From Eledone cirrhosa (lineage: Eukaryota), in assembly GCA_964016885.1 (NCBI GenBank), contig OZ024746.1:68386001-68450000 (forward strand): 64,000 nucleotides of DNA, written 5' to 3'. Below, in pieces: positions 14,098 to 26,165 of the stretch (its first letter is position 1; the number at the start of each line of letters is the position of its first letter). Made by a program: the position numbers and the translations under genes. The notes under the pieces are model-generated. The model saw nothing but the letters and a program-made list of their open reading frames with translations. It had not been told where the DNA came from and did no database searches.

Positions 14098-14760
14098 AAG
14101 AAAGAAGGGGAAATAAAGGAGAGACGGGGGGGGGGGATAAAGGAGGGAAGGGGGTGGATAAAGGAGAGAAAGAAGGGGAAATAAAGGAGAAAAGGGGGGT
14201 GGATAAAGGAGAGAAAGAAGGGGAAATAAAGGAGAGAAAGGGGGGTGGATAAAGGAGAGAAAGAAGGGGAAATAAAAGAGAGAAATGGGGGTGGATAAAG
14301 GAGAGAAAGGGGGTGGATAAAGGAGAGAAAGAAGGGGAAATAAAGAAGAGAAAGAAGGGGAAATAAAGGAGAGAAAGAAGGGGAAATAAAGGAGAGAAAG
14401 GGGGGAGGGTAAAGGAGAGAAAGAAGGAGAAATAAAGGAGAGAAAGGGGGGTAATTTAAAGAAGAGAAAGAAGGGGAAATAAAGGAGAGAAAGAATGGGA
14501 AATAAAAGAGAGAAGGGAGGTGAAATAGAGGAGAAAAGATGTGAAATAGAGGAGAGAAACGAGGGGAGATAGAGTAGAGAAAAGGATGGGAAATAGAGGA
14601 GAGAGAAAAGGATGGGAAATAGAGGAGAGAAGGAGGGGTAATAAATGAGAAAGAGAAGAAGTGAAATAAATGAGAAAAAGGAGAGAAAATAAATGAGAGA
14701 AGGGAGGTTAAATAAAGGAGGTAAAATAAATGAGAAGAGACAAAAGAAATGTTGAGGAAG
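14098..14760. repeat. purine-rich minisatellite (~20-23 nt unit)
   Basis: Tandem variants of GGAGAGAAAGAAGGGGAAATAAA. Confidence 0.9.
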
Positions 14761-14901
14761 AAAAAATGTTTGAAGGTGAATCCATTATTCTCTTAAAGTA
14801 TATGTACTTATGTGTATCTTCTAAAAATTTGAAGTTTAGATGCAGTTAAAACAATTATTAACTTGAATATGATATACCACTGCTTTCTATTTACTATAAA
14901 T

Positions 14902-15094
14902 ATGGCGGTGGATTGGCAGTATCGGTAGAGGGTCGGACGCCATGCTTTCCAGCATAGTTACGTCCCTTTACGATCTGAGTTCAAATCCCGCCGAGGTTAA
15001 CTTTGCCTTTCATCCTTACGGGGTCGATAAAATAAAGTACCAGTAATGCACTGGGGTAATTACTGGCCTTGTGCCAAAAAGTAGAAACAATTAT
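14902..15094 (+). mobile_element. full-length tRNA-derived SINE family A
   Basis: A box TGGCAGTATCGG, B box GAGTTCAAATCCC, Nin-like core, GTAGAAACAATTATT end; more than 10 copies in the window. Confidence 0.9.
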
Positions 15095-16262
15095 TTCATA
15101 TACTGATCAATATTCAAATATGCAAACAAGTTTGTATCAATATCTTAATTAGACATCATATATTCTCTAGATTAAAAAAAATATATATATTTTATCAGAG
15201 GACACAATCACCTAACATTTGTTTAATTTAGCAGGGAGTGATAACCTCATTAGAAAGCATTTCTTAGACCAACAAATGTGCTACATTGAGGAATGATTAG
15301 TCTTGTTATTGATACAAAAATACAAAGCTGTACATATCAATAGTTATCTTGGAATATACATATTTTATTAGTTTTTATGGAAAAAAAAATGTAAGCCTAA
15401 TTTTAAATTTCTTTGAAGTTAAGTAGAGTGGAAGAAATACCAATATAATCTAAGACTTGGTAATGAAATACAATATTTTTAGAAAGTAAGAGGAAAAAAA
15501 AAATGATTGAAATTAATTATCTAAATTATAAATAGTAGTTCACTTTATATCATGTTCGTTTGAAATTGGAGTTTGATTTTCACAGCATAGTTGGACAAAT
15601 ATAATCATGAAAGTGAATTATCTTATGCAAAAAGATAACAGAAAAGAAGAATAAGGAATGACATTATACAGAAATAAAAATAAAATTACTTGTACAAAAA
15701 AAAAAGAAAACAAATACCATTCTACTTAGTTTAACACCTCTCCTGTATTTAGTAATGAGTGATAGAAAAATAACATGACTCATGCAGTTATATTTGTTTT
15801 GATATAAAGATGTATATTGGGTTGTTTTATTTAAATAGTTACACCATATCTCTGTGTGTCATAAGAGGCAACTAAAAGGGTTGACAACAGAAAGGGAATC
15901 CAACAGTAAAACACAGCCTTGAAAAGTACCATCCCATCCATGCCAGCATAGAAAAATGGACATAAATACAGAAGAAATACAGCAATAACCTCAACACAAA
16001 TCACAGCTTACCTAGTATATATATATATTTAAGTTAACAAGGTATCATTTAAGGTAATCCAAGTAGAGGTTATGAGTACTCTGTATCAAGGATAGTTTTA
16101 ACGTCGTTCGGCGTTGTTTGACTCAACAAGAAGTTTCCTTAGTTGTGGTATTCAGGTGGCCGATTCAAGACAGTTCCTAGGTAAGTGGTTCTTGGAGTAA
16201 TAATAGTAAATGAGTGAAGAATAACAGGGATCAGCTGTATAATATATATATATATATATATA

Positions 16263-16484
16263 TTAGAAGACTGGTGGGTTATATCCATAGTAATAGAGCA
16301 CTCAGTCCATGGGACGAGATTGATAGTAGTAGTTCCACAACAGTTAATTCACCATTTCTGAGAACAATTGTTTCACCTTAGTTGGATCATCAGCTCAGTT
16401 TAAATGAGGTTATACCGAGCTGATGATCTGACTAAGGTGAAACAATTGGTTTCGGTAATGGTGAATTAACTGTTGTGGAACTAC

Positions 16485-16491
<7 letters not shown>
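16263..16491. mobile_element. (TA)n-inserted fold-back PLE-end module
   Basis: Inverted arms ~16323-16398 and 16414-16491, each with an HHR core; flanked by (TA)n. Confidence 0.75.
16358..16398 (-). ncRNA. minimal type I hammerhead ribozyme
   Basis: CTGAG-CTGATGA-tCCaactaaGGt-GAAAC-AATT-GTT-CTCAG; a diverged inverted copy is at 16414-16456. Confidence 0.75.
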
Positions 16492-16534
<43 letters not shown>

Positions 16535-16538
<4 letters not shown>

Positions 16539-16730
16539 ATAATAATAAATTTGAAGACTAAAATCCAAAGAGGGCTCGAAAAGGATAAATATATATCAAA
16601 TATATATGAACCGTAGAGCAAATATTTATTAAAATAACAGATTAAAGTTTAAGCAAAGAATCGCTAAGAATCCCATTAAGGGTGAAAGCAGTGATTCTTT
16701 GCTTAAACTTTAATCTGTTATTTTATTAAA
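16535..16730. mobile_element. truncated fold-back copy of the 55648-56306 family
   Basis: Shares GTAATAATAATAAATTT-AAGACTAAAATCCAAAGAGGGCTCGA start; short inverted arm; between (TA)n tracts. Confidence 0.8.
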
Positions 16731-16882
16731 TATATATATATATATATATATGATTGCCAGATAAATTAACTATGGAGATATAAAAGATACAGAAGCGAAA
16801 ACCAATCCAAACCAAACAGTGAGTGTGTTTTATTATTATTTCTGGCAATATTATAACAATATGACCCTCCACAAATATAACA

Positions 16883-16942
<60 letters not shown>

Positions 16943-17203
16943 GGAAAAAATGAAACAAAATTTCATTTCCCACTCTTAGTATGGCTGTTACTTAAATATA
17001 AGTATGTACACATACATACATATATGTATACAGACGTACAGTAGTATGTATATATATATACATACATGCACACATATATATATGTACGTATGGATTCACC
17101 GAACATTTATTATAATGCTCGGTGTGCTTGTAAACAAACATCCCATATTAAGCCGTGGCGTCCAGCAACCATCGTTGCTCGTTTTTTCAACACTGACAAA
17201 GGA

Positions 17204-17246
17204 ACGCTGTACTAGTTTCAAGCTTATTAGCTATCGTCAGCAACGT
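17204..17246 (-). ncRNA. minimal type I hammerhead ribozyme
   Basis: ACGTTG-CTGACGA-tAGCTaataAGCTt-GAAAC-TA-GTA-CAGCGT; palindromic ACTAGT stem III. Confidence 0.8.
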
Positions 17247-17719
17247 ATACCTTCCTGCCAGATTGTTGAATGTATATACTTACCTTATGCATATTAACGG
17301 CTAAGTAGCCCAATTTGCATATCGAGTGGGTTAATCGGCCGGGTGCACTGAAAACGATAAACGGAAAAAATGAAACAAAATTTCATTTCCCACTCTTAGT
17401 ACGGATGTTTGTTTACAAGCACACCGAGCATTATAATAAATGTTCGGTGAATCCATACGTACATATATATATGTGTGCATGTATGTATATATATATACAT
17501 ACTACTGTATGTCTGTATACATATATGTATGTATGTGTATATACTTATATTTAAGTAACAGCCGTACTAAGAGTGGGAAATGAAATTTCGTTTCATTTTT
17601 TCCGTTTATCGTTTTCGGTGCACCCGGCCGATTAACCCACTTGATATGCAAATTGGGCTACTCAGCCGTTAATATGCATAAGGTAAGTATATACGTTCAA
17701 CAATCTGGCAGGAAGGTAT

Positions 17720-17762
17720 ACATTGCTGACGATAGCTAATAAGCTTGAAACTAGTACAGCGT
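17720..17762 (+). ncRNA. minimal type I hammerhead ribozyme (second copy)
   Basis: ACATTG-CTGACGA-tAGCTaataAGCTt-GAAAC-TA-GTA-CAGCGT. Confidence 0.78.
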
Positions 17763-17950
17763 TCCTTTGTCAGTGTTGAACAAACGAGCAACGGTGGTTG
17801 CTAGACACTACGGCTTAATACGGGATGTTTGTTTACAAACACACCGAGCATTATAATAAATGTTCGCTGAATCCATACGTACATATATATATGTGTGCAT
17901 GTATGTATATATACATACTACTGTACGTCTGTATACATATATGTATGTAC

Positions 17951-18012
<62 letters not shown>

Positions 18013-18103
18013 AATATTTACTCCAGTAAACTGTTGAGTGCTCTAAATTAGTTATAAACATTTATATTTGTTGGACTTCCAACAAATTAAATACCACTTC
18101 TAC

Positions 18104-18136
<33 letters not shown>

Positions 18137-18291
18137 CATGGCTAAGTTCTTTAAGAGTTTGCTTTGCAGCCATTTGGTTTGTATTTCAGTCCCACAGCAT
18201 GGCCCATTCGGCAAGTGTTTTCTACAATAGACTCAGAAGGACCAATGTTTTTTAACTGGAATTTAGTAGATAGAAGCTATAAAAGCCTGCC

Positions 18292-18336
<45 letters not shown>

Positions 18337-18339
18337 GAG

Positions 18340-18683
18340 AGGAACATGGCTTAGTGGTTAGAGCATTGGCCTTGCAATCGAAAGGTTGTGAGTTCAATTC
18401 TCAGACCGGGTGATGTGTTGTTTCCTTGAGCAAGACACTTTATTTCACATTGCTCCAGTTTACTCAGCTGTAGAAATGAGATGATAGGGACTGGGGTCCA
18501 TATCATTCCACTGCAAAGTGGTCGTGGAGGTGCCACAGTAAAAAAGCACCCACCACTCACTGTAAATGAGGTTGGTGTTAGGAAGGGCATCCAGCTGTAG
18601 AAATCAAGCCAGAATCAATTCTCGTCCCACCCTTGCAAGCAGGGAAAAGCGGACGTAAAATGAAATGATGATGATGATGATGA
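18340..18683 (+). mobile_element. tRNA-derived SINE family B (CORE-like middle, RTE-derived 3' tail)
   Basis: A box TGGCTTAGTGG, B box GAGTTCAATTCT, CCTTGAGCAAGACACTT core; tail GGTTGGTGTTAGGAAGGGCATCCAGC...(GAT)n shared with the RTE 3' UTR. Confidence 0.88.
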
Positions 18684-18879
18684 TATATATATATGAGAGT
18701 ATCTGTGTTTATGTCTTATGTATGTAGAACAGCCATTTTTTTTAGACATGAGTTGTTGAAGATCAACTTCTGTCTTATAAGTACTTGAAGGCTACTTTGG
18801 AATAACAAAATGCCTAAATCCATAATTTAATCAACATCATAAGTTTATGACATGTTTATAGTGTTTGTGTGGTTAGAAT

Positions 18880-19420
18880 TGTACATGTGGCCTGTTTATT
18901 AATCTCAGCATTGTATTGCATTATAAGTATTACATTTTGTTAGTATAGATGTAGTGTCAATGTTTTCCTTTCCAGCTTTGTTGTAAATGCATGGCGAATC
19001 TTCAAGAGAGTACTGTATTTGTAAGGCCAATGTAGAAATCAGTTCCATGAAATTTATAACTTTCATTTTGCAATTGAATTTATAAATTTTTTGTAGTCTG
19101 TTCTCCGGTTTGTTATTAATAAGAAGACTTTTCTTTTTAGAGTTTTTGTAGTATATTATTGCTATGTGCTTGTGGTTTGTTATTAATAATAAAGCTTTTG
19201 ATTTTAAAGTTTTTGCGCTATTTTTTTGCTGCAGGTTTAAGATTTAGCACAATGCATTTTGTGTTATATTTAATGAGATTTATAGTTAGGTGTTCATCTG
19301 TTATGTCATTTATATGTATTTGATTTATCTTCATCTATGCAGAATTGCTAACAAAAATAAATGTTTTATCATGGAAGTAATACTTATGTTGCAATACAAT
19401 GTTAATATATAGAGCATGTT
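18880..19420 (-). pseudogene. old PLE GIY-YIG endonuclease relic (Nematis-like)
   Basis: Broken minus-strand frames read IIYYKNSK...IYKFNCK...FYIGLTNTVLS*RFAMHLQ...LIMQYNAEINKQ; flanked by a degenerate ~55-bp inverted repeat (~18780-18838 / ~19657-19714). Confidence 0.6.
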
Positions 19421-20309
19421 ATAATGCTTACCACACAAAACAGCATACACTTGTCATAAACACATGATTTATGGTGTATAAGTGTAAGGGTCAGGCTTCA
19501 AGTTTCAAATTCCAGTAAAAAAGACATTACAATACTGTCAAAGAAAAAAAGAGCTGCATACCATTTCATAAAAAACATCTACCTAAAATAAAAGAGAATA
19601 AAAATATGGAAACAGCACTCTACATCCTGATGATGAGATTGTGAAAGTCGAGAAACTTTGATAAAATTATGGATTTAGGAAATTTGTTGTTACAAAAGAG
19701 CTGTAAAGGACTTAGAAGAAAATGTGAGAAAATTATGAGAAAAGTTACAGCTAGAACATAATTAACAATACACACTATATAATTTCAATTCGCTCTGTAA
19801 TATAATTAAAGTCACTTTGCTATATGTCGTGGCTTTATGGCAGACTCAATCGGATGGTGATGACAATAATATTTTCTCTAATGAACTTCATATGTTCATC
19901 ATTTAGAAATATCAAGTTAGTGGACTGAGGGCAGTGAAATATAAGAAATAATTATTTCTCATAGAATGAACAATATAATAATATAATCATTAGATTAAAA
20001 TCTATATAATGACAAAAGCAAATATTCAACCATTGGCACAATTAGAATCAGTGAAGTGGAAATCATACTTCTGTTGTGTCATTATGGTTTAAGAATACTA
20101 AGGAAAGTGTTGAAGTTTTATCAAGAAGTATCAATTTCTTTTATAAAATTGGTGAATGAATGAATGTGTGTACACAAAACCTAAGATAATGTAAGACTAA
20201 GTCAAACTCAACGTAGCGATGGAGAGTAATCTCAGTAATATAATTAAAAATTATACAATATATTTTGGTATTGAGCACTTTTACCTCGTGTTTGCAATTC
20301 CAAACATCC

Positions 20310-20390
<81 letters not shown>

Positions 20391-20906
20391 GTTTTGTTGA
20401 ATATGTATGGTACGTAGATGTATTTATATATTTTTTAATGTCAATATATTATTTTCATTGATTTTAGTATTGTTTAACCACACCGTCTGGGTGATTATTC
20501 TATTATAATGCTTATATTTGTATATTTGTGTTAATATACGTATGTGTAAATGTGTATATGCGTGTGTATATATATGTGTCGGAGTGCGTGTAGATATATA
20601 TATATATATTAAATTTTTATTTCTGTATTATGTATTGTATTGTATTATATATTATATTATAATTTTTATATCTTATTTCTCGCATTATATTACTATGTTT
20701 TATTTCAAGTATTATACTTATATTGTACTTTTAACGTTTAATGTTTGCTTGCTCTCTTGCCCTATAGTCTTTATTTACAAATGCACCCCATTAGGTTTAA
20801 CATGACAATTTTTCCATGACAATTTTTCTGAATTTTCCTTAATATCCATTCACTATTCTTCTGAATTTTGGCTTGTTCTAGCTGATGATATTTCTAGTCT
20901 TTTTCC

Positions 20907-20951
20907 TTGCTCTGATGAGTCCTAATTAATGGGACGAAACATTGTCAGCAA
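20907..20951 (+). ncRNA. type I hammerhead ribozyme, canonical core
   Basis: TTGCT-CTGATGA-GTCCTAattaaTGGGAC-GAAAC-ATT-GTC-AGCAA; inside a non-coding block (20388-21330) bounded by TA runs. Confidence 0.85.
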
Positions 20952-21384
20952 TTAAAGATTTTGGATGTATTAAGGCTTCTTTGTTAATTTTTATATAAAT
21001 TTTTTCGGCTCTGTTTGATAGCATTGAGCTATATCTTATACTGTCATTTCTCTAATACGACGAGTGTGTTTAACTCTAACGCACTCAAGTATTTTTATCT
21101 TATATATACACATACATTTTAATTTACTTTTTAATTATGTATTTATTTTCCACACTTTTCATAAGCTTGTTCTTCACTCTGGTGGTTCTCTACCCCTCGT
21201 AATTGAAAACATACCCCTTTTTGTGTTTTCTTCTTTATATACTGTAATTATGAAGATCCCTGTATATTTCCTTGAGCTCATTAAATTACAGGGTATTAAT
21301 GCAAGTCTTTAACTCCATTTTTTTTATTTGATATATATATATTTTGTTACCATATTTCTAACAAAATACACTGCCTATCTCTTT

Positions 21385-24223
21385 CAAGGTCGCTGACTAT
21401 GAGTCTATGTTGGGAGGTGCATTCTTCATGGGGGAGGGATTTACCAGAAGACGTGATAGAGTGTCTGTTGTAAACACTAAATCCCTCCCCCATGAAGAAT
21501 GCACCTCCCAACATAGACTCATAGTCAGCGACCTTGTAGTCAGGACAAGACGTACTCGACAACAGAGGACTATTCTCAGGAGAAAAATATGGAAGCTAAA
21601 GGACCCCACAGCCAGTAATAAATTTAAAAGCATTTTACTTGATGCTTTTGACAGTAAGGAAGAGCAATTAGAGTCGTACAATATAGAGGAACAGTGGGAG
21701 TTCCTGAAAGCTAACCTGCTGAAGGCGGCAGATGATGTCTGTGACTGGAGCAGGCCTATAGGAAGGAGGAGAGTAACGTGGTGGTGGAACAGTAAGGTGG
21801 AGGAGTCAATTAAGGCCAAAAAGCAGGCTTGGAAAGTATGGCGGGATGGGGGAAGTAGAGAAGACTATCAAGTGGCCAGGAGGGAAGCTAGGAGTCAAGT
21901 GTACTTCGCAAGAAGGGAAGCAGAGGAAAGAAAGTTCAAGCATGTTCTACAACGCGAGGACCAAAAACGTGAGGTGTTCAGGATTGCTAGGCAATGTGTC
22001 AAGGAAAACAGTGATATTGTCAGGGAGAAGTGTGTCCTTAATGATGATGGTGTACTTGCCATCACTGATGCTGATAAGAAGGTAGCTTGGCAGTGTCACT
22101 ACGAAAGGCTACTAAATGAGGAGAATAATTGGAAGAAAGACAGTCTCCCCACATCGATCCAATAGAGGGACCAGCAGTGTTAGTTGAAGGTAGTATAATA
22201 AGTAAGGCAATCAAAGATATGAAGACGGGTAAGGCAGCTGGGCCTTTGGAAATAGTTGCTGAAATGGTGAAAGCATCTGGAACGGTGGGACACACAATGG
22301 TCACCCGGATAGTAAACCAAGTCATACAGAATGGGGTCATTCCGAAGGACTCGCGCATCATCATCATCATCATTAACTGCTACAAGGGTAAAGGAGATGC
22401 TCTAGATAGAGGTATCTATAGAGGCATTAAATTAATCGACCAGGTCATGAAGGTCACAGAAAAAGTAATAGCGCAACTAATCAGAGAGAGAATTGATCTA
22501 GATGAAATGCAGTTCGGGTTTGTGTCAGGTAAAAGTACCACAGACGCTCTTTTCATTGTACGACAACTACAGGAGAAGTACCTAGCTAAAAGTAAACCCC
22601 TATACTTAGCTTTTGTTGACTTGGAGAAAGCCTTTGACAGAGTCCCCCGCTCCATTATCTGGTGGGCTCTTAGAAAACTAGGTGTTGATGAATGGCTTGT
22701 GAGAGCTATACAAGCCATGTATAAAGAAACAGTCAGCAAGGTTAGAATTAACAACGAATATAGTGAAGAGTTTAGCGTAAAAGTTGGTGTTCATCAGGGC
22801 TCAGTCCTTAGCATCCTCCTATTTATTATTGCCCTTCAAGCTATAACAGAGGAGTTCAAGACCGGCTGCCCATCGGAACTTCTATACGCAGATGATCTAA
22901 CGCTTATAGCTGAATCAATGGCCAAACTAGAGAAGAAATCCCAAATATGGAAGCATGGCCTAGAATCAAAAGGTCTTAAAATTAACCTATCTAAAACTAA
23001 AGTTCTAGTTTGTAGGAAGGAAAATAGGGCACCAGTCCCATCTGGGAAATGGCCATGCTCAGTGTGTAGGAAAGGAGTAGGCAGAAACTCCATTTTATGT
23101 CCCAAATGCAAAGTATGGGTGCATAAAAGATGTAGTGGGATCACAGGTAAGCTAACTAAGAATATAGATTTTATATGTGGCCGGTGCCCTGGTGCAATAA
23201 GTAGCAGCAAGTGCCCACAGATAACTAGCTCATTCCATTGCACAGATGGTTCTATAGAAATAGTGGACACCTTCCGTTACCTGGGTGACAAAATCAGCAG
23301 TGGTGGAAGGTGCTCTGAAAGTACAGTAGCTAGAGTCAGAATGGGATGGAAAAAGTTCAGAGAGCTTATACCACTATTGGCTGCTAAAGGGTTCTCTCTA
23401 AAAATGAAAGGCAGGCTGTATGATGCCTGCATACGAACAGCAATGTTGCATGGCAGTGAGACCTGGGCATTGTGAGCAGAGGATATATGCAGACTGGCGA
23501 AGAACGAAGCTTGCATGCTCCGCTGGATGTGTAATAGTAATATACATGAAAGGCAAAGCATAAACGAACTAAGGGAGAAATTGGGAATAAGAGGGATCAG
23601 ATGCTGTTTACTCGAGAGAAGACTACGTTGGTACGGTCACGTGATGCACATGAAAGACGACAGCTGTATAAAAAAGTGCAATGCGTTAAAAATAGACGGT
23701 AGCCAAGAAGTAGGCAGACCCAGAAAAACCTGGGACGACTTGATAAATTCCGACCTCACACACTTACACCTCTCCAAGACAATATCACTGGACAGAGATC
23801 TTTGGAGCTACACAGTAATACAGAAGACCCGCCTTGCCTAAGTACAAAGCGAAACCTACAGTCAGTAGGCACCTCTAACAAAAATACACCCCCGTCCCAC
23901 TACCCCCACCCATCCACACCACCCCTTCCAATGTAAAGTTATGTTGGTACCACAACATCCAGCCCGAAACAAATGAGGTCGTGTAGGTGTCACGACAAAA
24001 AAACACACAGTCCACGCTGTAATGAGGCCGTGTAGGTAACACGGTAAAAACCTCCCAGTCCACACTGTAAACGTGGTTGGTGTTAGGAAGGGCACCCAGC
24101 CGTAGAAAACCCGCCAGACAGTCTTATGCGAGCAAGACAACCAATCTTGCCTCAAGTGGGAAAATTCCCGTCCAAACCCATACTAACATGGAAGATGGAC
24201 ATTAAACGATGATGATGATGATG
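21385..24223 (+). mobile_element. 5'-truncated RTE-clade LINE
   Basis: End of APE domain (TSQHRLIV), RT motifs (QFGF, FVDLEKAFDRV, GVHQGS, LLYADD), RRLRWYGHV and GRPRKTW C-terminus, (GAT)n tail. Confidence 0.95.
21446..23841 (+). pseudogene. RTE APE-RT polyprotein, disrupted
   Basis: Frameshift near 22150 and in-frame stop at 23473-23475 split ORFs 21407-22165, 22129-23475 and 23515-23841. Confidence 0.9.
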
Positions 24224-24743
24224 ACAGTCCATCTATTTTAGCCAAGAAACAATAAGTGGGAATGGAATAAAGATGAAAAATAAGACGATGGCGACATGAA
24301 TGATGATAATGTTAAGGATGATGATGATGATGATGTGAAGATGTTGATGAAGTCATTGATGACAATGATGATGATAACAGTGATAATAATAAAGATGTCA
24401 TTGATTATAATGATGATAAAACTGGTAATGATGATAATGTCATTGATGATGATAGTGACAATGACGATGATAAAAGTGATGATGATAAAGACCCAGGTTT
24501 AAAATTTCTAACTCAATTAAATTTCTAAAATTTTTAAACAGTTATATGAAAAGGGAATTTTAAAATCTTTGCTGAAAATATAGAATTAATGCCGTGTATT
24601 TCTTCCCTGTTGTACTGAAGTCTCCAAAGTGTCTAATGTTATCCAGAGTAGCTCTACTTCAGCTAGCTGTGATTTATCGTCAGGGATAATGTGACACACA
24701 CACACACACAGACAGATCCACTAACACACTAACATATACATCC

Positions 24744-25103
24744 ATGCACAAACATACACATCCACACATACACAGTTACATAGACACACACAAACATCCA
24801 CAGAAACATCCATACATATCAACACATACACACTCACACACACAAACATCCATACATATCAACACAAACACACTCACACACACAAACATCCATACATATC
24901 AACACATACACACTCACACACACAAACATCCATACACACTCACACATACAAACATCCATACACTTCCACACATACAAACATCCATACACACTCACACATA
25001 CAAACATCCATACACACTCACACATACAAACATCCATACACTTCCACACATACAAACATCCATACACTTCCACACATACATACATCCATACACTTCCACA
25101 CAC
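24744..25103. repeat. CA-rich minisatellite
   Basis: Tandem ACATACAAACATCCATACACACTCAC variants. Confidence 0.9.
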
Positions 25104-25342
25104 ATATATCTTTGTTAGTATGATACAATGTAATATATTTGGTACATTTCATAGGAAAGCAAAGAAGTGAAGGCAGTTGTTTGACTGGATGACATAATCT
25201 AATTGAAACATCACATTGTTGAAAGTTCACCAACCAAGGATAAAAAGTAAATTATCTCATCCACTCAATCACTAAAATGTTATTATATAAATGTATATGT
25301 AAATATACATGGTCATTCATATACATATATATACATACATAT

Positions 25343-25895
25343 CATCATCATCATCATCATCACCGTTTTACGTCCGTTCTTCCACGCTAGCATGGGTTAG
25401 ACGGGTTGTCCTGTTGTGTGCAGTGTCTGGTCGGCTGACCATGCCTTGCTCATACAGGAACTGATCTGGCTTGATTTCTACAGCTGGATGCCCTTCCTAA
25501 CACCAACCTCATTTACAGTGAGTGCTGGGTGCTTTTTCGTGGCGCCTACACGTCCACTTTACAGTGTGGGCTGGGTGCTTTTTTGCCGTGGCACCTCCAC
25601 GACCACCTTGCAGTGGGGGGTGTGGGGGCATATTGTTTATATGCTTCAGCATGTACCCATGGGAGGTCGGGTACTCTGTATTACTGCGTGATGCCAGAAG
25701 TCACGGTCGTGTGTCATTGTCTTTGAGAGGTGTAATTGGGTAAGGTCGGCTTTTATCACCTCATCCCAGGTCATCTTGGCTCTCCCCACTCCGCGGTTTC
25801 CATCAACTTCTAGTGCTCTGCATCTTTTTATGCAGCTGTCATCCTTCATACGCATCACATGTCCATACCAGCGCAACCGCCTCTCCTGCACACAG
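25343..25895 (-). mobile_element. 3' fragment of RTE LINE (second subfamily)
   Basis: ERRLRWYGHVMRMKDDSCIK peptide; (CAT)n tail on the left. Confidence 0.9.
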
Positions 25896-25937
25896 CATTA
25901 TGTTCATACATACATAATATGCATACATCTTTGTTAT

Positions 25938-26165
25938 ATATAGAAATGACTTCTACAGGACTAGAACTGTTTCATATGAAATCATCTGGAAGAATGCCCT
26001 GATGATTTCATATGAATGAAACAGTTCTAGTCCTGTAGAAGTCATTTCTATATATAATAATGATGCCAACGTATTGAGTACCTTTTTTTAACAGGTTATA
26101 CACAACTCAGGAACCTGCATATGACTACATGACTAGAACTGTTTCGTTCATATGAAATCATCGAG
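25938..26165. mobile_element. fold-back PLE-end module with HHR core
   Basis: Inverted arms; CTGATGA-tTTCatatGAAt-GAAACAG-ttctagtc-CTGTA at 25999-26037; same family as 32130, 49251 and 56901. Confidence 0.7.

Larger units (their letters stand above)
16939..17957. mobile_element. retrozyme-like 420-nt HHR unit, in two inverted terminally redundant arms
   Basis: Period 420 in both arms (16941/17361 and 17403/17823); no credible ORF; flanked by (TA)n. Confidence 0.75.

Noticed and set aside
14098-14760. Regularly spaced repeats resembling a CRISPR array
   Set aside because: No unique spacers, no cas genes and a eukaryotic context; it is a purine minisatellite.
15080-15094. SINE A end GTAGAAACAATTATT resembling HHR GAAACAATTGT
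   Set aside because: No upstream CTGANGA or stems; treated as coincidence.
17276-17285. ATACTTACCT matching the 5' end of U1 snRNA
   Set aside because: Downstream sequence is not U1; it is simply the complement of a splice-donor-like motif.
18340-18415. tRNA-like sequence with A and B boxes
   Set aside because: Head of a multi-copy SINE continuing into core and tail; no intact cloverleaf.
19626-19660. CTGATGA...GAAAC near the old PLE relic
   Set aside because: Stems I and III cannot be closed; at most a decayed HHR.
21397-23561. Antisense ORFs over the RTE element
   Set aside because: Shadow frames of the RT coding strand with no independent motifs.
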